Origin: Candidatus Thorarchaeota archaeon
Lineage (GTDB): Archaea > Asgardarchaeota > Thorarchaeia > Thorarchaeales > Thorarchaeaceae
Reading direction: 5' to 3'
Length of the DNA stretch: 55,161 nucleotides
Assembly (NCBI GenBank): GCA_030612365.1
Contig: JAUWOA010000004.1
Span: 1-55,161, forward strand
The position numbers and the translations under genes were made by a program. The notes below the pieces were generated by a model. The model was not told the DNA's origin. It did not search any database and saw only the letters and a list, made by a program, of their open reading frames with translations. Numbering within the stretch: position 1 is the first letter of the stretch; every line of letters begins with the position of its first letter. Below are positions 8,669 to 17,903 of the stretch, piece by piece.

Positions 8669-9343
8669 CTAGGTCACGAGTACTAGCCTGTCATTGTGAC
8701 GAGTGCCCGCGGCGCGGTATTTGGATACGGTCACTATGGGAATACCAGTGGTGAGAGACACATTTCCGCTCCATCTGGAAACGGTGTCAGTTCCGTATAA
8801 CAGATATCCGATGGAAAAGGAGTCCGCATAGGTCCTTGAGAGATACACTCCAGGATAGTACGCCATTTCCGTTTCGTTTGGATAGAGTGAGTCAAGAAGT
8901 GGCCAATCACCAACGGGAAGTAGGCATCGATACAATAATCTGTTGATGTAGTCCCTGAATATCGAAGGAATCTCCGACCCGTTCTCGAATCTACACTCAG
9001 TCTTGGGATAATTGAGGACTTCTTCTGCGAAGATATCACCATTTATGACCAACGGTAGAGATGGGAAACTGGTTACGTTGAACCTTACAAGGGTGTTGTT
9101 CATCGGAGCCAAGTAGGGTGGTCCCAAGATCATGTTTGAGCTGTTCTCGGGGTCTATCGATGTCATATAGCCGCCTATAACAACCAAGTAGACAAATTCG
9201 TCACCCTCGTTGACACCCCAGGTTAGACTGGATGCGTCTCTCAGACCAGATGAATTCCAGATCGAGAGAAGGCAGAAAGCAAGCACGACGATTGTAGCAA
9301 TCGTGGCAGCAGTCACCAGTGCGACACGGTTGCGTCTTGCCAT
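8669..9343 (-). CDS. Membrane-anchored exported protein (paralog of 4043-4726)
   Basis: N-terminal basic residues plus TM, WGVNEG motif, LLPVGDW motif and several N-x-S/T sequons. Confidence 0.8.
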   Translation of the reverse strand: MARRNRVALVTAATIATIVVLAFCLLSIWNSSGLRDASSLTWGVNEGDEFVYLVVIGGYMTSIDPENSSNMILGPPYLAPMNNTLVRFNVTSFPSLPLVINGDIFAEEVLNYPKTECRFENGSEIPSIFRDYINRLLYRCLLPVGDWPLLDSLYPNETEMAYYPGVYLSRTYADSFSIGYLLYGTDTVSRWSGNVSLTTGIPIVTVSKYRAAGTRHNDRLVLVT

Positions 9344-9427
9344 AAGCCTGTCCCCGTAGTGGTTATGCGGGTATGCAGAAGAACATTCCTTTCCACGTAC
9401 GAGATGGTTTGCGCAGAGAACACAATC

Positions 9428-9507
9428 TCACGGACGGCCAGTGGAAGGCTGAGGTCCGTGAAGGCGTTCTAACAGACACGCCCTCTTCGAGGGTCTTGTG
9501 GGTTCCC
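9428..9507 (+). repeat. Intergenic modules A (9432-9450) and C (9473-9507)
   Basis: GGACGGCCAGTGGAAGGCT is 18/19 identical to module A and sits inside a stem TCACGGAC...GTCCGTGA (9428-9461). Module C follows. Confidence 0.85.
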
Positions 9508-9655
9508 TGCTACAAACTAAGTAGTGAAGTAGCATATCATTGGTCCAACCTACAATGAACGGTTGAGATAGGTGCACGCAAAGAAACGTAATCTACGACA
9601 TCAGTCTCGTTAACGGAGTATCAACTAACAGCGCGAGGCGGTGTCCCGAAGGACA

Positions 9656-10015
9656 CTAATAGCCCCATTCCTGTCCGAGTCTCTGCCTGTACCAGCGTTG
9701 ACCGCGTTTGGTCAATGCGTACTTACCACCTATGTCTTGGATCAAGCCCATATTTTCCATGTTCTCAATCACACCGAAGAGCTTGTCATCAGAGGCACCA
9801 GTGACCTCCCTCAACATCGGGAAGGTCATCTTTCCATTTCGCTTCAAGTGCTGAGCAACTTCGTATTTGCCGACCGCTCTGGTATCCCTTCGAGTCATTA
9901 TATTGCCACAGTTGGTGCAGAGAAGATCGCCCTTGGAATCATCCCTGGCGACTTCCTTACTCCCGCATATCGGGCAGGTTGTCTTTGCAAATCTTAGACC
10001 GCGTCGATGTGACAT
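9656..10015 (-). CDS. TFIIB-type Zn ribbon fused to winged-helix domain, putative transcription regulator
   Basis: CPICGSKEVARDDSKGDLLCTNCG is a TFB-like ribbon. C-terminal MTFPMLREVTG...MENMGLIQ...YALTKRG fits a wHTH pattern. Confidence 0.75.
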   Translation of the reverse strand: MSHRRGLRFAKTTCPICGSKEVARDDSKGDLLCTNCGNIMTRRDTRAVGKYEVAQHLKRNGKMTFPMLREVTGASDDKLFGVIENMENMGLIQDIGGKYALTKRGQRWYRQRLGQEWGY

Positions 10016-10120
10016 ATGTACGACCGAGTGAAGGGATTCCTAACCGTTGATAAAACTAGTGGCGTGACATGACCTTTGAGTCGTACCAATGACCGCAATT
10101 AAGGTGCGGATTTCGATTCT

Positions 10121-11557
10121 TTACGACTCCTCAGTTCCTGGTTGCGGTAGTCCCATGAGTTCTGCGTGCATTGAATTGGCCGCGATTCGACCAGCTCCCA
10201 TGGCCAAGATTACTGTTGCTGCCCCTGTCACGATATCGCCGCCTGCCCAGACCATTGGCATACTGGTGCGATTGTTCTCGTCCACCTCGATGTATCCCCA
10301 GCGGTTGAGTTCCAGGTCTTTCATGGTCTTCGTCAAGACTGGATTGGCTCCTGAACCAATGGCCATTATTACCTGGTCACACTCTATCTTGAAGAACGCA
10401 CCCTCTATCGGTATTGGCCGCCGGCGACCACTGTCGTCGGGTTCTCCAAGTTCCATCCGAATGCACTCCATACCAGTAACTCTGCCATTCTCTCCGAAAA
10501 GCCTGACGGGGTTTGAGAGCAGTTTGAATTCAATGCCCTCTTCTTCAGCATGGTGAACTTCCGCACTTCTTGCGGGTAGTTGTTCTCTGGCACGACGATA
10601 GACTATGGTGACGTCCGCACCTAGGCGTTTCGCTGTTCGTGCTGAGTCCATTGCTACATTTCCTCCACCAACGACGCAGACGCGCCTGCCTGGCGGAAGT
10701 GGTGAATCATACTCGGGGAACAGATATCCCTTCATTAGGTTCGATCTGGTGAGATACTCGTTGGCTGAGAAGACACCGTTCATGTCTTCGCCATCGATTC
10801 GCATGAATCTTGGAAGGCCCGCGCCAACGCCGATATAGACGGCATCGTATCCGAGTTCATCAAACAACTCGTCAATGGTCATGGTCAATCCTACAACAAC
10901 GTTCATCACGAACTTGACACCTAGGCTTTCCATGTAACCAACTTCAGCCTTCACTATCTCCTTCGGAAGCCTGAATTCCGGAATACCGTAAATGAGGACA
11001 CCCCCAGCTTCATGCAGTGCTTCATAGACTGTGACCTCATGCCCCTTGAGAACGAGGTCTCCTGCAACAGTAAGTCCTGATGGTCCTGATCCGATGACTG
11101 CTACCTTCTTGCCGGTGGATGAGTCTTTCTTTGGAATCTTGACTAGGTTATTGTTTCTCTCGTAGTCTGCTACAAATCTTTCGAGAGCACCAATAGAAAC
11201 TCCTCCAAAGCGCTTCCACAATGTGCAGGCTTCCTCACATTGAATTTCTTGTGGACAGACACGACCGCAAACTGCAGGAAGAACATTGGTTTCCTTAATC
11301 TCCCTGGCTGCTTCTGCGAATTTGCCTTCAGCTACAAGTGCGATGAACTCAGGAATGTGGACGCCAACGGGGCATCCAGCAACGCATGGCATATTCCTGC
11401 AACTTATGCATCTCTGAGCCTCCAGCATAGCCTGCTCAGCTGTCAATCCGAATGGAACTTCTTCAAAATTGGCTGCACGTGCAGCAGGATTCTGCTCTGG
11501 CATCTTCGCTCTGGGGATTGCCATCCTCTCTTTTGCTGTTAGAGTCTTGCCGCCCAT
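10121..11557 (-). CDS. nfnB: NfnB/SudA (GltD-like, often annotated glutamate synthase GltA) large subunit of bifurcating NADH-dependent ferredoxin:NADP+ oxidoreductase
   Basis: RCISC..PCVAGCP, CGRVCPQEIQCEEAC, GSGPSG FAD motif, GGGNVAMD NADPH motif, AGGDIVTGAATVILAM. Start ATG 11557 overlaps the nfnA stop. Confidence 0.9.
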   Translation of the reverse strand: MGGKTLTAKERMAIPRAKMPEQNPAARAANFEEVPFGLTAEQAMLEAQRCISCRNMPCVAGCPVGVHIPEFIALVAEGKFAEAAREIKETNVLPAVCGRVCPQEIQCEEACTLWKRFGGVSIGALERFVADYERNNNLVKIPKKDSSTGKKVAVIGSGPSGLTVAGDLVLKGHEVTVYEALHEAGGVLIYGIPEFRLPKEIVKAEVGYMESLGVKFVMNVVVGLTMTIDELFDELGYDAVYIGVGAGLPRFMRIDGEDMNGVFSANEYLTRSNLMKGYLFPEYDSPLPPGRRVCVVGGGNVAMDSARTAKRLGADVTIVYRRAREQLPARSAEVHHAEEEGIEFKLLSNPVRLFGENGRVTGMECIRMELGEPDDSGRRRPIPIEGAFFKIECDQVIMAIGSGANPVLTKTMKDLELNRWGYIEVDENNRTSMPMVWAGGDIVTGAATVILAMGAGRIAANSMHAELMGLPQPGTEES

Positions 11558-12438
11558 CAGATCGCCTCCTTGCCGCAATTCTTACATCCGTCGTCTTTGA
11601 TTGCTCCGTCAGCTCTGCTTTGGTGGAACTGATATGCCAAGTTCTCTTCACCAACGTAAGCACCTGCCCTAGCGAATACATTATCCCAGTCCACCAAATG
11701 ACCATTGAAATCGGGCCCGTCAACGCAAGCGAATTTAGTTTCGCCTCCTACAAGAACTCTGCAACATCCACACATCCCGGTGCCATCGACCATGAGCGAA
11801 TTAAGGCTAACAATTGTGGGGATCCCTGCCGGTTCTGTCGCTCTTGAGGAAGTCATCATCATGTACGTGCACCCAACGAAGTGTGCATGGTCGATCTTCT
11901 CGCCCCTCTCCTCCAAGATCTTTATGGCCTCCCAGACATGGCCTCGCACTCCACGAGAGCCATCCGCAGTGGCGATGATGACTTCGTCTGCCTCCTCTCC
12001 AATCTTGTCTTCGTTATAGATGAGGTAGGACGTGCGAGCCTCCAGAAGAGCAATGACTTTGTTCCCCTGTTCCTTGAACGCCCTAGCCAGTGGGTAGATT
12101 CCTCCAAGACCGTAGCATCCACCCCCAAGGAGAACAGTTCCAACCTTCTCAATCTCTGTGGGTTTGCCAAGAGGCCCCACGAGTGTATAGACAGCTTCAC
12201 CCGGCTTCAAGCGAGAGAGTTTCATGGTTGAAACGCCAGCTTCCAAGTAGAATATCGTGATTGTTCCTTCTGAAGCGTCCCAATCGGAGAGTGTGAAGGG
12301 AATTCTCTCACCCTCTGCATCTGGAATCAAAATCACAAATTGCCCAGGCTTTGCATGACGAGCGATGGCTGGGGCTTCAAGTACAAGGCGCCTTACATTT
12401 GGAACTACTTGTTCGTTGATTACTATTGTGCCCTTCAT
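11557..12438 (-). CDS. nfnA: NfnA/SudB (PyrK-like FAD/NAD-binding [2Fe-2S] subunit)
   Basis: KPGQFVIL..ERIPFT, GPLG, MVDGTGMCGCCRV...FACVDGPDF. Confidence 0.9.
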   Translation of the reverse strand: MKGTIVINEQVVPNVRRLVLEAPAIARHAKPGQFVILIPDAEGERIPFTLSDWDASEGTITIFYLEAGVSTMKLSRLKPGEAVYTLVGPLGKPTEIEKVGTVLLGGGCYGLGGIYPLARAFKEQGNKVIALLEARTSYLIYNEDKIGEEADEVIIATADGSRGVRGHVWEAIKILEERGEKIDHAHFVGCTYMMMTSSRATEPAGIPTIVSLNSLMVDGTGMCGCCRVLVGGETKFACVDGPDFNGHLVDWDNVFARAGAYVGEENLAYQFHQSRADGAIKDDGCKNCGKEAI

Positions 12439-14735
12439 CAGGCCACCTCCTTCACCTGGGTGTCTGCGCTCTCTTGTTCTGATAACCTCTTAACGAAATC
12501 ATCCATAGATTCGGTAGACAATGGACGTTCTCTTTCTGGCAAGGCGTCAATGAATGTCTTCAGATCCCGTATTCTCTCAGCAATGATTGCGCCCCTGTAC
12601 GCGGGGTTCCAGTCAGGAGCCTTCCGAACCGGCTCAACTTCTACCATGGCGCCAGAACCTAGTTCCTTAGCAAACTCCCTTAGCTCCTTCGCCACCTTCT
12701 TCGGGCTCTTGTATTTGAAGCCCTCCGATCCAAATTGCCTGCCAAGCTCGGTTAGTATTAGCCAATCCTGTTTCGAATTTCCTATAGGCGGAGTAACCTG
12801 TTTCAGTTTAAGCTGCTTCATCTCCATGTTGACAACTGTTCCAGAGTCCTCCACAAAGCCTGCTGCGGGAAGAATCACGGACGCGCGATCGATCCATTCC
12901 GAGGGGAATGGGGATTGGTAGATCACATGCTTAACTTTCTTGAAACCTTTTACGGGCAGTGAGCCATCAGTCACATAGAGGACATCAAGTTCACCTTTGG
13001 AGGCCGCCATACGCATCTGTTCTAAGCTTAGGCCCGCCTTGATTTTCTTTCCCCAGAGGGCTTCGAATTTTTTCCTGACACTCGATGCGGTCACTGATGT
13101 GAGTCCTGGCAGCAGGTCCGGCTGCAGTCCAGCCATTATCGCTCCCACCTCATTGCCATAATCGAATGTGGGGTAGATTCGACCCTTGTCACCAATCATT
13201 TTCAGAAGGGCTGTCATTGCTTCTTCCGGATTTCTCGCTAGAAGAATACCAGAGCCGAATACGATAGCTCCCTTCCCCTTTGAAACAATTGATTTGATAT
13301 GCTCAACGTGCTGCTTCTTCACTCCCTTAAGCTTCTCATCATCTTCTGCTAGCTGTGAGAGTATTGTTGAGAAATCCTTAGCCTTGAGTGTGATGTGTTC
13401 TGTTGCCCATCTCTTCAAGTTCACGCCGGCCGCTCCAATGAGTATCAGTGGTGCACCTCTTGCCACTGCTTGATAACACGATTTGGCGACAACTTGGTGG
13501 GTCTTTGCAAAGTCGCCTCCCACTGCAATAATCCAATCTGCCTTCTCAAGATCTCGAAGTGTCCCAACCTTTGCAAAGCTGTCAGTGTCCGCAAGTGTTC
13601 TGACAACAAGTGAAGCAAAACCTGAGCCTCTGAAGTCAACATTCGGGGTTCCTATTGCACTACGAGCCAGCTTCTGAAGAAGATATGCAGCCTCTGACGT
13701 GAGGTGAGGTCCTCCTACAAAACCGATTCTTTCTGGAGCGGTTTCGTTGAGAATTTCCGCTATGCGCTCATATGCCTCATCCCATGAAACGGGGATGCTG
13801 ACTCCTTCCCGTCTAACAGTGGGAATCTTGAGTCTGTCGGGGGCATTCATCAATGATGGGATGCAGAACCTGCCCAGAACGCATGTGTGGCCCCGGTTTG
13901 GCTCGGAGTTTTCAGAACCCGGATGAGATGCCATTATCTTATTCCACTTCACGTCAAACTCTATCTGACATCCAGTGCCACAAAGCATGCAGGTTGTTTC
14001 GACTGTTTCATCAGGTGTTCCGTGCCATTTCATCATTCGAGGTGATAGTGCGCCGGTTGGGCAAACGTCGATGCAAGCTCCGCAGAACCAGCAACCACTA
14101 TCCAAGTGTGAGTTACCGAAGGCGGTATCCACTCTTGTTTCATGACCACGCTTGGCAAAGCTGATAGCTCCTGTGCCTCTTATCTCATCGCAGACTCTGA
14201 CACACCTTGCGCATAGAATGCAGATGTTGTAGTCTCTATCAAAGAATGGATCATCTTTCTCAACAGGCATTTCCTTATACCTTGGAATGAAACCTAAATC
14301 ATCAAGTCCTACGTATTCGACTACATCGCGAAGCTCACAAGACGCCTTGCTTGGACAAGTACTACACCCTGTGATCAAACCTGACTTGAAGGGCTGACTG
14401 CGATACTCATTGCAAGTGTTCCACTCGGCGCAAACGACGCATGCAGATGGATGCTCTATAAGCAACAGCTGAAGGATATTGCGCTTCAGCTTCATTAGGG
14501 CATCATTGGTTGTGTCCACTATCATGCTATCCTTCGCAGGAGTTGTGCATGCTGTGACAAAGCCCTTCATTCCTTCGACCTCAACAAGACACATTCTGCA
14601 TCCGCCGTGTGGAGGAAGGTCCGGATGGTCGCATAGCGTGGGGATATAGATTCCCTCTTCACGAGCAATATCCAATATTGTGCGGCCATCTTCCTTGAAC
14701 TGAATCCGCTTTCCGTCTATCGTCAGGCTCGGCAT
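12438..14735 (-). CDS. NuoG/FdhA-like Fe-S protein (molybdopterin oxidoreductase fold), apparently lacking the Mo/W ligand
   Basis: N-terminal [2Fe-2S] (CDH..GCRMC..TAC), H-CxxC cluster, two ferredoxin motifs, and TCMLCGTGC..C. NVDFRGSG stands where FdhA has NVDxCARxC/U-H. Confidence 0.85.
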   Translation of the reverse strand: MPSLTIDGKRIQFKEDGRTILDIAREEGIYIPTLCDHPDLPPHGGCRMCLVEVEGMKGFVTACTTPAKDSMIVDTTNDALMKLKRNILQLLLIEHPSACVVCAEWNTCNEYRSQPFKSGLITGCSTCPSKASCELRDVVEYVGLDDLGFIPRYKEMPVEKDDPFFDRDYNICILCARCVRVCDEIRGTGAISFAKRGHETRVDTAFGNSHLDSGCWFCGACIDVCPTGALSPRMMKWHGTPDETVETTCMLCGTGCQIEFDVKWNKIMASHPGSENSEPNRGHTCVLGRFCIPSLMNAPDRLKIPTVRREGVSIPVSWDEAYERIAEILNETAPERIGFVGGPHLTSEAAYLLQKLARSAIGTPNVDFRGSGFASLVVRTLADTDSFAKVGTLRDLEKADWIIAVGGDFAKTHQVVAKSCYQAVARGAPLILIGAAGVNLKRWATEHITLKAKDFSTILSQLAEDDEKLKGVKKQHVEHIKSIVSKGKGAIVFGSGILLARNPEEAMTALLKMIGDKGRIYPTFDYGNEVGAIMAGLQPDLLPGLTSVTASSVRKKFEALWGKKIKAGLSLEQMRMAASKGELDVLYVTDGSLPVKGFKKVKHVIYQSPFPSEWIDRASVILPAAGFVEDSGTVVNMEMKQLKLKQVTPPIGNSKQDWLILTELGRQFGSEGFKYKSPKKVAKELREFAKELGSGAMVEVEPVRKAPDWNPAYRGAIIAERIRDLKTFIDALPERERPLSTESMDDFVKRLSEQESADTQVKEVA

Positions 14736-16576
14736 TAGTGCCCACCTCCATGGTGTGCAGGTATCTTGTCAATAGCGCTCGCCTTGGGTGGACACACCTC
14801 GAAACAAGCCCCGCATTTGATGCATAGTTCATCTGAGATTACATGCACCTCGTTCTTCTTTCCAGTAATCGCATTAGCAGGGCAGATTCGTAAACACGCC
14901 CCGCAACCTATGCACTTCTCAGGCACTACTACATACTTTATGAGGGCCTTGCAGACTTCAGCAGGACAAAATTTGTCACGAATATGCGCTTCATACTCAT
15001 CGCGGAAGTATCGAATCGTGGTAAGTACTGGATTGGGGGCAGTTTGTCCCAGTCCGCAGAGGGAGCCCTCCTTCACCGTGATTGCTATCTCCTGAAGCTT
15101 CTCTATGTCGCCTTCTTCTCCGTTTCCCGATTTGATTTTGTCAAGTATCCTAAGCATTTCTAGTGTACCCATTCTGCATGGCGTGCATTTACCGCAGGAC
15201 TCTGCTTGTGTAAACGAAAGGAAATACCGAGCCACATCTACCATGCAAGTGGTTTCGTCCATTACGATCATCCCACCGGAGCCCATGATCGTTCCTGCTT
15301 GTGTCAGAGAGTCATAATCAACTGGGAGGTCTAGCTTATCGGCGGGAAGGCATCCACCAGAGGGCCCTCCTGTCTGCACAGCTTTAAACTTGGCATCCCC
15401 TTGGATTCCACCTCCTACGTTGAATATGATATGACGCAAAGTTGTCCCCATCGGCACTTCCACAAGTCCTGTGTTCTTCACCTTGCCAGTCAGCGAGAAT
15501 ATGGCTGTGCCTTTGCTCTTCTCAGTACCAATCGATGCGAACCATTCAGCCCCCTTTCGCAAAATGATAGGGATTGTCGCAAGTGTCTTCACATTGTTGA
15601 TGCAGGTGGGTTTTCCCCAGAGTCCTGAATCAGTTGGGAATGGTGGTCTTGGACGCGGCGTTCCACGGTTTCCCTCGATTGAGGTCATTAGCGCAGTTTC
15701 TTCACCACACACAAATGCGCCTGCACCTTCTTTGACAGACAAATCGAAGCTAAAGCCGCTGCCGAGTATGTCCTTACCCAGGAATCCTCTTTTCCGTGAG
15801 TCGATAATCGCCTTCTTGATGCTATCTACAGCTTGCGGGTATTCATGACGGACGTAAACGAAACCCTCGTCAGCTCCAATGCTGTAAGCTGCAGCGATCA
15901 GTCCTTCTAACACTGCGTGAGGATCTGCCACAAGTATCGCTCCATCCATGAACGCGCCCGGATCACCCTCGTCTGCGTTGCAGATAACGTATTTCTTGTC
16001 GCTCTTACTCCCACGCCCAAATTTCCATTTCAGCCCTGTTGGGAAGCCTGCACCACCTCGCCCCCGTAGACCTGACTTGAGCACTTGATTGATAACCTGC
16101 TCTGGTTTCATCTCAAGGAGTGCCTTCTTCAAACCGTCGTAACCGCCCTTCTCGATGTATTCATCAATACTACCTGGGTCTATCTCCCCGCAGTTGCGGA
16201 GCACTACCTTCTTTTGTCCCTTGTAGAAAGGAATATCCTCGTACTTGGAGATTATCTCTCCAGTTGCAGGTTCTGTATAGAAGAGCCTCTCCACTGGCTT
16301 TCCACCAATGATGTGTGATTCTACAATCTCCTTGATGTCCTTCTCGTCAACTTTACAGTAGAACAATCCCTCAGGTTCCACCGTAATAACCGGGCCCTGT
16401 TCGCAGAAACCATGGCACCCGATTGTCTTGATACGCACTTTATCCTCCAATCCCTTGTCGGCAACTTCCTTATTCAGGGCTTCTAGGAGTTGATTCGCCC
16501 TTGCGGACTCACAACCAGTCCCTCGGCATACTCGTATCTCAAGGATACTCTGCTCAGACTCAATGCCGGGATTCAT
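14735..16576 (-). CDS. nuoF: HydB/NuoF-like FMN/NADH-binding subunit with N-terminal [2Fe-2S] and C-terminal 2[4Fe-4S]
   Basis: GLRGRGGAGFPTG, CNADEGDPGAFMD, GAGAFVCGEETAL, SCGKCTPCRMG, HI..CP..VC, CIGCGACLRICP and CIKCGACFEVCP. Confidence 0.92.
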   Translation of the reverse strand: MNPGIESEQSILEIRVCRGTGCESARANQLLEALNKEVADKGLEDKVRIKTIGCHGFCEQGPVITVEPEGLFYCKVDEKDIKEIVESHIIGGKPVERLFYTEPATGEIISKYEDIPFYKGQKKVVLRNCGEIDPGSIDEYIEKGGYDGLKKALLEMKPEQVINQVLKSGLRGRGGAGFPTGLKWKFGRGSKSDKKYVICNADEGDPGAFMDGAILVADPHAVLEGLIAAAYSIGADEGFVYVRHEYPQAVDSIKKAIIDSRKRGFLGKDILGSGFSFDLSVKEGAGAFVCGEETALMTSIEGNRGTPRPRPPFPTDSGLWGKPTCINNVKTLATIPIILRKGAEWFASIGTEKSKGTAIFSLTGKVKNTGLVEVPMGTTLRHIIFNVGGGIQGDAKFKAVQTGGPSGGCLPADKLDLPVDYDSLTQAGTIMGSGGMIVMDETTCMVDVARYFLSFTQAESCGKCTPCRMGTLEMLRILDKIKSGNGEEGDIEKLQEIAITVKEGSLCGLGQTAPNPVLTTIRYFRDEYEAHIRDKFCPAEVCKALIKYVVVPEKCIGCGACLRICPANAITGKKNEVHVISDELCIKCGACFEVCPPKASAIDKIPAHHGGGH

Positions 16577-17046
16577 TGTGAACCACCCTCTGACTTCTTT
16601 GCCTTTCTGTCCTCTCGGTCAATGCTGTCTAGTAGCCGCTTCAACGATCGCTGTGTCGTCCGGCCGTGTACTACATCGTCAAGAACTACGGCGGGTGCAA
16701 GCGCGCAACAGCCAACACACGCAACTCTTTCCAGACTGTATCTCCCATCAGAAGTTGTGTCTCCGGGCTTGATACCCAGCTTTTCGCTTGTCGCAGCTAG
16801 CAGGCGGTCACCACCCTGAACATGACAAGCTGTACCAAGACAGATTCTTAGGTGATGTTTGCCAGGTGGGGTGAATCTGAAGTTATTGTAGAAACTAGCT
16901 ACGCCATAGATTTCTTGCTCGCTGAGGTGAAGTTTGTCAGCCAACCAAGTGATAGCTTCGCGCGGTATATACCCGAGGCGTTCTTGGATTTCCTGAAGAG
17001 AGGGAATGACCTGTTCAGCCAAGTCCGCACGAGAAAGGTCCTGCAT
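16573..17046 (-). CDS. nuoE: HydC/NuoE-like [2Fe-2S] subunit
   Basis: GVASFY, ICLGTACHV, ACVGCCALAP. Probable start ATG 17046 (the ORF is open to 17103). Confidence 0.9.
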   Translation of the reverse strand: MQDLSRADLAEQVIPSLQEIQERLGYIPREAITWLADKLHLSEQEIYGVASFYNNFRFTPPGKHHLRICLGTACHVQGGDRLLAATSEKLGIKPGDTTSDGRYSLERVACVGCCALAPAVVLDDVVHGRTTQRSLKRLLDSIDREDRKAKKSEGGSQ

Positions 17047-17120
17047 GTTTTTGGCCTCGTCGGAAGGGAAGTTAAAAGTTGTTTGGAATGACAACTCCCG
17101 CAAGAAGGCTAGCGGCCGGC

Positions 17121-17801
17121 CTAAACACGTATTTCGCAGAAGATACTGGATTCATCAACTTCATCTATTGTTGCTGTGACGCCAATCCCGGACACCAACT
17201 CGGAGAAGTCTTCACGACGGAGAGTTGTGGCTTGAAACCCGTCCTTGCAAACAATGCTACCATTTCCTGTTTTTTCCAAGTCTATCGCTCCGATGAAACC
17301 CTCTGAGGCTTGGAGGTGAAACCACTCGAGTCGGTGCTCCCAGAAGCTATCGGAGTAGCTAGAGAACAGGCATGTTCCGCCCTCTCGTGTGACACGTAGA
17401 CTTTCGATGAGGAGATTCTCCTGATTGATCCTAAACGCAGATATCCCATTCTGGATGCAGATCACAACATCGAAACATCCGTCAATAAACCCAAGATTGA
17501 CAGCATTCATCTGAGCAAGATCCAGATTTGAATGATCCCGAAGGTTCTTCTTCGCTTGATCAAGACTCGCCTTCGATGTATCGATCCCTACAACCTTTCG
17601 GGTCTTTCCTAGCAGTCCTCCAAGAACTCGACCGTAGCCGCATCCTAGTTCCAGCACAGTATCTGAAGGCTTGATTTTCGCTAGAACGTGTTCTATCTCT
17701 GCTTGCAGGTATCGAGCGACTCTTGGAGGCGCAATCTCGTAGCATCTCCGGAGCCTTTCTGCTGAAAGGGAATCTGAGTAGTATTGACTCAATAGAATCA
17801 T
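17121..17801 (-). CDS. Class I SAM-dependent methyltransferase
   Basis: VLELGCGYGR, VGIDTS, FDVVIC motifs. Confidence 0.85.
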   Translation of the reverse strand: MILLSQYYSDSLSAERLRRCYEIAPPRVARYLQAEIEHVLAKIKPSDTVLELGCGYGRVLGGLLGKTRKVVGIDTSKASLDQAKKNLRDHSNLDLAQMNAVNLGFIDGCFDVVICIQNGISAFRINQENLLIESLRVTREGGTCLFSSYSDSFWEHRLEWFHLQASEGFIGAIDLEKTGNGSIVCKDGFQATTLRREDFSELVSGIGVTATIDEVDESSIFCEIRV

Positions 17802-17903
17802 AGTGCCAATAATGAAGCTATGTCATGAATGTTATCCCTCTTGCCTTGAAGCGGGTATGATTGAAATAGCAGGATTCCTCCAGTTGCAGCGTCGTGATTC
17901 CTT

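Noticed and set aside
12438-14735. Selenocysteine formate dehydrogenase alpha subunit
   Set aside because: No in-frame TGA and no Cys at the Mo-ligand position.
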